From Candidatus Heimdallarchaeota archaeon (lineage in GTDB: Archaea > Asgardarchaeota > Heimdallarchaeia > JABLTI01): 64,000 bases of DNA. Under the pieces are notes generated by a model. The model was not told the origin of the DNA. It worked only from the letters and a program-made list of their open reading frames with translations, and made no database searches. How positions within the stretch are numbered: the stretch's first letter is position 1; every line of letters begins with the position of its first letter. Position numbers and translations under genes: made by a program. Shown here one piece after another: positions 57,711-64,000 of the stretch. The DNA lies in NCBI GenBank assembly GCA_018238155.1, contig JABCTZ010000006.1, forward strand, positions 1 through 64,000, in the 5' to 3' direction.

Positions 57711-59354
57711 TTGAAAGAAAATCAAGTAGATGTTATTACTCGAGAAGTCATTCGTGGTGGATTAGAATTTATTGCAGAGGAAATGGGTATTATTTTGCGA
57801 AATGCTGCATATAGTACAAATATTAAGGAAAGAATGGATCACAGTTGCTCATTATTTGACTACAAAGGACGAATGTTAGCTCAAGCAGAGCATATACCTG
57901 TGCATCTCGGCGCTATGCCACTTGCTGTGAAGAGTGTTGTAACAACCTTTGAAGGAGAAATTAATCCCGGAGATTCATTTATTCTAAACGATCCATATTT
58001 AGGTGGAACTCACTTACCAGATATTACTATAGTTACACCAATCTTTTATCAAAAGGAATTGGTCGGCTATTCTGTAAATAGAGCACATCATAATGACATC
58101 GGTGGAATGGTTCCAGGATCAATGCCTGGAAATGCTACTGAAATTTTCCAAGAAGGCTTGAGGATTCCTCCTGTGAAAATAGTTCGAAAGGGGATTATTA
58201 ACAAGGATATTCTCGATATAATAATGATTAATTCCAGAACACCCAAGCTCCGTAAAGGTGATTTAATGGCTCAACTGTCTGCAAATTGGACTGGAGAGAA
58301 ACGATTAATAGAATTAATTCAAAGTAAAGGACTAAAAACATACAAATTAGCTGTTGATGAAATCTTGGATTATTCTGAAAGAAGATTTCTAGCTATTCTT
58401 GAAAACTTTCCCAACAAAGAAGCTGAAGGTATAGACTTCATGGATGACGATGGGATTAGTGATGAAAGAATCAAAATCGTCGTCAAAGTAAAGAAAACTA
58501 AAAACCATCTGACTTTTGATTTCACAGGCACTTCTAAACAAGTAAAAGGGGCTGTTAATTGCCCGTATGCTGTTACATTATCTGGTGCATATTTTGTATT
58601 ACGATCAATATCTGATCCTACAATACCTGCAAATGAAGGATTATATCGTCATTTAACAGTCATTATTCCGGAGGGATCAATTTTAAATGCTAAAACCCCT
58701 GCTGCAGTTGTTGGAGGAAATGTAGAAACATCTCAACGAATTGTCGATACTCTATTGAAAGCTTTTTCAAAGATAATTCCGGGTAAAATTCCTGCTGCAT
58801 CTCAAGGAACAATGAATAATCTCATTATTGGTGGGATGGATGCAAATAATCAACCATTTACTTTTTATGAAACAATAGGTGGTGGAAGCGGTGGCACTTC
58901 AAGTAAAGATGGAGTCGATGGAATTCATACCAATATGACTAATACTATGAATACACCAATCGAAGAAATCGAAGCAAGATATCCGCTAAAAGTTTTGGAG
59001 TATTCTTTGAGAAACAATAGCTCTGGAAAAGGCAAATATCGTGGTGGTATTGGGATAATCAGAACATTTCAAACGGAAGTTCCTGTTACAATTAGTCTTC
59101 TAGGTGAAAGGCAAAAAACTGCTCCTTGGGGGTTAGAAGGTGGAAAAGATGGAAAGCAAGGGGAATATTATAAAATCACAACAGCAAATAAAAAAGTAGT
59201 CTTACCAGGAAAAAGCACCTTTACATTGGAGGCAGGAGAGATAATCGTAATTGAAACACCAGGAGCAGGTGGTTACGGTGAACCACTGGAGAGAAGTGAA
59301 AAAAGAATAACTGATGATAAACTAGATGAGAAAGTTATTGAAAAAAAGACCTAA
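57711..59354 (+). CDS. hyuB: Hydantoinase B/oxoprolinase subunit B
   Basis: STNIKERMDHSC, HIPVHLG, NDPYLGGTHLPD, HHNDIGG, GNVETSQR and TPGAGGYG. TTG start after GGAGG (ORF open from 57672). Confidence 0.9.
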   Translation: MKENQVDVITREVIRGGLEFIAEEMGIILRNAAYSTNIKERMDHSCSLFDYKGRMLAQAEHIPVHLGAMPLAVKSVVTTFEGEINPGDSFILNDPYLGGTHLPDITIVTPIFYQKELVGYSVNRAHHNDIGGMVPGSMPGNATEIFQEGLRIPPVKIVRKGIINKDILDIIMINSRTPKLRKGDLMAQLSANWTGEKRLIELIQSKGLKTYKLAVDEILDYSERRFLAILENFPNKEAEGIDFMDDDGISDERIKIVVKVKKTKNHLTFDFTGTSKQVKGAVNCPYAVTLSGAYFVLRSISDPTIPANEGLYRHLTVIIPEGSILNAKTPAAVVGGNVETSQRIVDTLLKAFSKIIPGKIPAASQGTMNNLIIGGMDANNQPFTFYETIGGGSGGTSSKDGVDGIHTNMTNTMNTPIEEIEARYPLKVLEYSLRNNSSGKGKYRGGIGIIRTFQTEVPVTISLLGERQKTAPWGLEGGKDGKQGEYYKITTANKKVVLPGKSTFTLEAGEIIVIETPGAGGYGEPLERSEKRITDDKLDEKVIEKKT

Positions 59355-59463
59355 AAGCAACTTTTTATCAAAAAGTTCTAAATCATAAGACTTATTTTCT
59401 CATAACTGTCAAAATTGTGTAAGAAGCGTTTGAGTTTAGTGTTTCGTATTGGAGTAATGCATA

Positions 59464-61446
59464 GTGACCACGCCAGCTAAGGGGACGAAAGTAAAAATCA
59501 AAAAGACCTACAAGACCCACCCGAATCTTGATAGAATTCTTACAGATGGCAATTGGTACAGAAAACTCATTGAAACAATGGATGATGGGATTATTGCTAC
59601 AGATATGAATAGAAATATTATTTATGTTAATCCTGCTGTGTGTAAAAAATTGGGTTACACTGATGAAGAATTGCTTGGTATGAACTCTTTGGACATTGTT
59701 GTTGAAGAAGATCGCGATAGAGTCGCTCGAGAATCTGAAATACGTTTTAGTGAAAAAGTCTCTTCACAATATGAAATTACTTTCAAAACAAAAGTTGGTT
59801 CAAGATTACCAGTTCTTATTAGTGGCTCACCAATTTTGGATGAGAAGAATCAAACACTCGGGACTTACGCTTTAATTACAGATATCCGTGATAGAAAGGT
59901 TGTAGAAAAAGAGTTACGCGATAAGAATAATGAATTACAAACTCTTTATAATAATTTATTAGAACTATATCAACAGCTGGGTGCAATAATCGCTGAGACT
60001 ACAACAGTACCCTCAACAGAAATTTTACTTTTCACTTCCAAGCATTGTGTTTATTGTGCGCCTGCAGAAGAAGTTCTACAACAAGTACTTGCATCTTACG
60101 CCGGAAAAATTACTTACAGAAAAGTAGATATTGAAAAAGAACCTGAGCTTGCAGCTGAACATGATATTCTTTCCCTTCCTACAATAGTTATTGGAAAAGA
60201 ACAATTAACCTCTGTTCCAGATATCTATAAATTACATTCAGCTTTATTCAGTGCATTGGTACCTGAAGAAAAATTCAGAAGAACAAGACAAGAATTAGAT
60301 AATATTATCGACAATTCTCCGGTAGCTATTTTTACAATTAATTCTAAAGGAACGATTACTAAAAGCAATCCTCATGTTGGAATTATGACAGGTATGAAGA
60401 AACAAGATATTACAGGTCATAATGCTATAGAAGCAGATGACAATGAAGAAGAAATTTTCCCAAAATCACTAATCAAACTCTTTAAGAAAGGTCTAAAGGG
60501 CAAGAGAATCACTGAAAATCGTTTACGTATCAAAGATTATTCCTCTGAAAAAGCCGATCCATTTTCAATTGTAAGTTTCAAAGTAGTTCCTATGGCTACC
60601 AAGGAAGGAGATATAAACGAAATTCTTGTTTTATGTGAGGATGTTACTAAATTAGCTATGCAAGAAGAAGCCTTGAGTGAATCATATACAAAATTAGAAG
60701 AGCTGAATGACACGCTTTTACAATTAAATAAAGATAGATCAAATTTTGTTGAACTTACATCAACTAAACTTCTAGAGCCCTTAAGAAACTCGAGAGCGTT
60801 GATAGATACTATTCTCCGTGGGAAATTAGGTCTGTTGAGTGAAGAATTATTTGGAACAATGGAATTTTTAAGAAATAATTTGGATAAAGTATCCAAAAGC
60901 ATTTTCGGCATAATAGAATTTTCAAATATAGAAGCACAAGACTTTAGTTTGAAACTAAATGAAAATAATCTTAAGGAATTAATTTCACAAACAACCAGTT
61001 TAGTTGGGTCAGTAGGTATACAAAAGAGCTTTATTGGAACTGTAGATATTTCCAGCAAAGTAAACGTTTGGTGTGACTCCGAACAAATTATTCGTATTTT
61101 AAGAAACTTGATTTTGAATGCTATCCAATTCACACCATTGAATTGCACTATCCTCTTTACTGCTGAAGAAAAGAATGGTCTTGTTGCAGTTTCTGTGAAA
61201 GATAATGGTTTTGGTATTGCAAAGAAAGATCTCGAAATAATCTTTAATCAATATGTAAAAACCGACCCTCAAAGTCCTGGTTCGGGTTTAGGCTTATCTA
61301 TGGTAAGAAGTTTAGTAGAAGCTCATGGTGGAACCGTTAGAGCAAAATCTGAAGGTAAGAACAAAGGTTCAACATTCATATTTACTTTGCCGACCAATGA
61401 AGCATCATATGAAAAACTAATTTCTAAGAAAGAGAAATCAAAGTAA
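59464..61446 (+). CDS. PAS-thioredoxin-PAS histidine-kinase-like protein with degenerate H-box
   Basis: PAS (YVNPAVCKKLGY...DIRDRK), Trx (FTSKHCVYC...SLPT), second PAS, and HATPase (NLILNA, DNGFGI, GSGLGL). H-box reads TSTKLLEPL. Confidence 0.85.
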   Translation: MTTPAKGTKVKIKKTYKTHPNLDRILTDGNWYRKLIETMDDGIIATDMNRNIIYVNPAVCKKLGYTDEELLGMNSLDIVVEEDRDRVARESEIRFSEKVSSQYEITFKTKVGSRLPVLISGSPILDEKNQTLGTYALITDIRDRKVVEKELRDKNNELQTLYNNLLELYQQLGAIIAETTTVPSTEILLFTSKHCVYCAPAEEVLQQVLASYAGKITYRKVDIEKEPELAAEHDILSLPTIVIGKEQLTSVPDIYKLHSALFSALVPEEKFRRTRQELDNIIDNSPVAIFTINSKGTITKSNPHVGIMTGMKKQDITGHNAIEADDNEEEIFPKSLIKLFKKGLKGKRITENRLRIKDYSSEKADPFSIVSFKVVPMATKEGDINEILVLCEDVTKLAMQEEALSESYTKLEELNDTLLQLNKDRSNFVELTSTKLLEPLRNSRALIDTILRGKLGLLSEELFGTMEFLRNNLDKVSKSIFGIIEFSNIEAQDFSLKLNENNLKELISQTTSLVGSVGIQKSFIGTVDISSKVNVWCDSEQIIRILRNLILNAIQFTPLNCTILFTAEEKNGLVAVSVKDNGFGIAKKDLEIIFNQYVKTDPQSPGSGLGLSMVRSLVEAHGGTVRAKSEGKNKGSTFIFTLPTNEASYEKLISKKEKSK

Positions 61447-61528
61447 TTTGTTGATTTTTTATGCCCACTTTGATTTGTTAGTCAGAAATGTTTTATACCT
61501 ACGTAATAATTGCAATAATGTGATTAAA

Positions 61529-62662
61529 ATGCATTATCGTATGTTAGGTAAAACTGGACGAAAAGTATCAATACTTGGTTTTGGAGCAATGCGTTTGCCC
61601 ACAATAAAACCAGGAGAACAAGCAATCAAACATGATGAAGCAATAAACTTGATAAGAAGAAGCATTGATGCTGGTGTAAATTATGTTGACACAGCATATA
61701 ATTATCATAGTGATGAAAGCGAGCTTGTTGTAGCAAAGGCATTGAAAGACGGATATAGAGATAAAGTTACTCTCGCAACTAAAGCACCGATTTGGAAGAA
61801 AGAGTACGATAAAGAAGAAAGTTTTGATAAATATCTCAAAGAACAATTGAAGAAATTAGATGTTGAAACGATAGATGTGTATCTTTTCCATGCTCTAAAT
61901 GAAAAAACATGGAAGAAACTGAATGAAATAAAAGCAATTGAAAGTGCACAGAAAGCAAAAAAAGAAGGGAAAATAAATCACTTGGCTTTTTCATTTCATG
62001 ATAAACCAGAGCTTTTGAAAAAAATTATTGATTCTGATGCATTTGAGGTTATGTTGGTACAATACAACATTCTTGATACTGTAAATGAAGAAATGATCAA
62101 ATATGCATCTGAAAAAGGCATAGGTATAGTTATTATGGGACCCGTAGGTGGAGGTCGGCTTGCAGGTGAACCTCCTGAAGATCTAATAAAATATTTGTTA
62201 CCTGGAAAGAAAACTTTTGCTGATTTAGCTCTAAGGTATGTGTGGGCTAATAAATACGTTGATATTGCATTATCTGGAATGGGTTCAGACGAAATGCTAG
62301 ATGAAAACCTTTCATTGGCTTCTAATGAAGATTATACTTTGACTGATGTTCAAAAAGAAAAGGCGGATGAATTAGGTGTTGCATTCAAAAAACTGACAGA
62401 TAATCTCTGTACAAACTGTAAATATTGCATGCCATGCGAACAAGAAGTGAATATTGCTTTTATCTTTCAATCATTGATAAATTTCCAAGTTTATGGACAA
62501 GAAGATGCAGCTAAACGAAGATATAGTGCAATAGGCAAAGAAGATTGGGCTTCAGGAAAAAATACAGAAGCATGCACAGAATGCGGAGAATGTCTAGAAA
62601 AATGTCCACAGAAAATACCTATTATTGAACAATTAAAGAAATCACACAAAATTCTGACTTGA
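61529..62662 (+). CDS. Aldo/keto reductase with C-terminal 4Fe-4S cluster
   Basis: LGFGAMRLP, NYVDTAYNYH, LATK, FSFHD, CTNCKYCMPC and CTECGECLEKCPQ. ORF open from 61448. Confidence 0.92.
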   Translation: MHYRMLGKTGRKVSILGFGAMRLPTIKPGEQAIKHDEAINLIRRSIDAGVNYVDTAYNYHSDESELVVAKALKDGYRDKVTLATKAPIWKKEYDKEESFDKYLKEQLKKLDVETIDVYLFHALNEKTWKKLNEIKAIESAQKAKKEGKINHLAFSFHDKPELLKKIIDSDAFEVMLVQYNILDTVNEEMIKYASEKGIGIVIMGPVGGGRLAGEPPEDLIKYLLPGKKTFADLALRYVWANKYVDIALSGMGSDEMLDENLSLASNEDYTLTDVQKEKADELGVAFKKLTDNLCTNCKYCMPCEQEVNIAFIFQSLINFQVYGQEDAAKRRYSAIGKEDWASGKNTEACTECGECLEKCPQKIPIIEQLKKSHKILT

Positions 62663-62690
62663 TAGAAGATACAATAATAATAGAAAAAAT

Positions 62691-62712
62691 AGCAGTTGAA
62701 AAACTGCTTTTT
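62691..62712. terminator. Hairpin between convergent genes
   Basis: AGCAGTT-gaaa-AACTGCT-TTTT. Confidence 0.45.
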
Positions 62713-62725
62713 ACTTTCTTTTTTT

Positions 62726-63415
62726 TTATCTCATCCATTGCCCTACTTTGATTCCCTTCCAAGGTTTAATATCACCATTTCTCATACCAATGAAATCTGG
62801 GATCATTCTAATGATGATGAGTATTGTGCATCCCCAAGCAAAAACCATTATCGGCCAAGTATGCCAATAGGTTCCATTAAGTGTAGAAAATTGTCCTACC
62901 AAATAAAATATTGTGTATGTTGTTGCAACGGATGCAGTTGCCATTATACCCGCTACTCCACTGTATCTGATAATTATTAACCAAATAAGTAATGAACCCC
63001 ACCACACCAGAATACCCCAAGGATTGATAACAATCATTACTCCTGATAATGCTGCAAATCCTTTGCCTCCTTGAAACTTCATCCAAGGCATCCAGCAATG
63101 CCCGGCAAATACTGCAATGCCACACAGAGCTGCTAGTAAATCCAAATTTACGGGTTCTAAAGATGTTAGAGAACTAAAAAAGAAATATCTGGTTAATAAT
63201 GTACCGAGAAACCCTTTTGTAATATCTAAAGACATTGTTAAAGCTGCCCAACTATAGCCTGCTGTTCGGACAGTGTTTCTAGTGCTAACGGAACCTGAAC
63301 CTTCATTACGCACATCTTTTCCAGTAACCAATTTAACAATAATCCAAGCAAATGGAAGAGAACCGAAAAAGAAACCTATAATTGGTGCTAAAATAAATGG
63401 ATAAATCATTTGCAT
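62726..63415 (-). CDS. plsY: PlsY-family glycerol-3-phosphate acyltransferase (divergent)
   Basis: FFGSLPF, DVRNEGSG, DITKG and GHCW.....FQGGKG in a multi-TM protein. Confidence 0.8.
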   Translation of the reverse strand: MQMIYPFILAPIIGFFFGSLPFAWIIVKLVTGKDVRNEGSGSVSTRNTVRTAGYSWAALTMSLDITKGFLGTLLTRYFFFSSLTSLEPVNLDLLAALCGIAVFAGHCWMPWMKFQGGKGFAALSGVMIVINPWGILVWWGSLLIWLIIIRYSGVAGIMATASVATTYTIFYLVGQFSTLNGTYWHTWPIMVFAWGCTILIIIRMIPDFIGMRNGDIKPWKGIKVGQWMR

Positions 63416-63576
63416 AATCTCCTGTTACTGACGAATACTCTTGTTCATCTTTAAATAGATTATTCCCCCACTCTATGATGGTTCAAAGGTCCATTCTTTA
63501 ATAAAAGTAATTCTTTGGCAAAACCTAAAAAAGCAGAAGAGCTTAAGAAAGATAACAAACCAAATCGAAAGAGAGA

Positions 63577-63867
63577 ATGATTATCTTGGTGTCATGGAAA
63601 GAAGAATTTAAACAAGCTGGTTTAGAGTTGGGATTTGATCTATTATTAGTTGCACTTATCGTTTGTTGGGTAGCTGCCATTTTAACAGCTATTCTAGAAG
63701 TTTCTCTTTGGGTTGTCTTTGGACTTTTCTTTTTGGGTTGTGTTTTCTTATTTTCAATGTTCACTATCTCAAGAAATTCGGAAGAAGCAGAGAAAAAAGC
63801 TCTTGCACTAGAAAATGTTGAAGACACAGAGAATGAAGCTGAAGAAGAAAGTGATGATTCAGAGTGA
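63577..63867 (+). CDS. Small two-TM membrane protein with acidic tail
   Basis: Two hydrophobic segments followed by an E/D-rich C-terminus. Confidence 0.6.
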   Translation: MIILVSWKEEFKQAGLELGFDLLLVALIVCWVAAILTAILEVSLWVVFGLFFLGCVFLFSMFTISRNSEEAEKKALALENVEDTENEAEEESDDSE

Positions 63868-64000
63868 CCGTTTAATACAAAGGACAATAATTAGCTTCTT
63901 TTCTTTTCTGTTATTCCTATAACACAACACTTTTTTGTTCAAACTTCAAAATGATTCTAGCAGATAATTTGTTGTCAAAAATGAAATTGCCTTTATTGTA

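Noticed and set aside
1-64000. Mobile elements, prophage, CRISPR-Cas, rRNA or tRNA
   Set aside because: No transposase, integrase or cas ORFs, no repeat-spacer arrays and no GC-rich structured RNA stretches were seen by eye. tRNAscan-SE/Infernal would be needed to exclude small RNAs.

Overview
AT-rich archaeal chromosomal DNA with about 58 densely packed CDSs. The gene content points to an Asgard archaeon, plausibly Heimdallarchaeia-like (inference): archaeal uS12/uS7, NAC, Cgi121, SmAP and PAC2, together with several eukaryotic-signature proteins. I saw no rRNA, tRNA, CRISPR array or mobile element. Housekeeping genes include pyrH, pyrD/pyrK, grpE-dnaK, mtnA, larB/larE, galK, hydantoinase/oxoprolinase A+B and a plsY-like gene. 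The most striking region is about 39-54 kb. It holds (1) a 2308-aa SNAP/TPR solenoid ending in UFL1/PCI-like winged-helix repeats, (2) a PIG-B/ALG9-type (GT22) mannosyltransferase, (3) a membrane-anchored protein starting with two tandem UFM1-like beta-grasp domains, (4) an OST5/TMEM258-like subunit, (5) a ThiF/E1-like enzyme lacking its thioester Cys, and (6) a PAC2 proteasome chaperone with an HbYX tail. Together these look like a candidate 'proto-UFMylation / ER-like membrane quality-control' neighbourhood. Other notable items: a free eukaryote-type ubiquitin lacking K48/K63, a longin plus two 7TM-protein operon, a longin/DENN-wHTH plus MinD pair, a pilin with a thrombospondin-C-like domain, a His-less PAS-thioredoxin-PAS kinase, and uS7 with a long Lys-rich extension. 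All homology calls come from motif recognition by eye; no searches were run.
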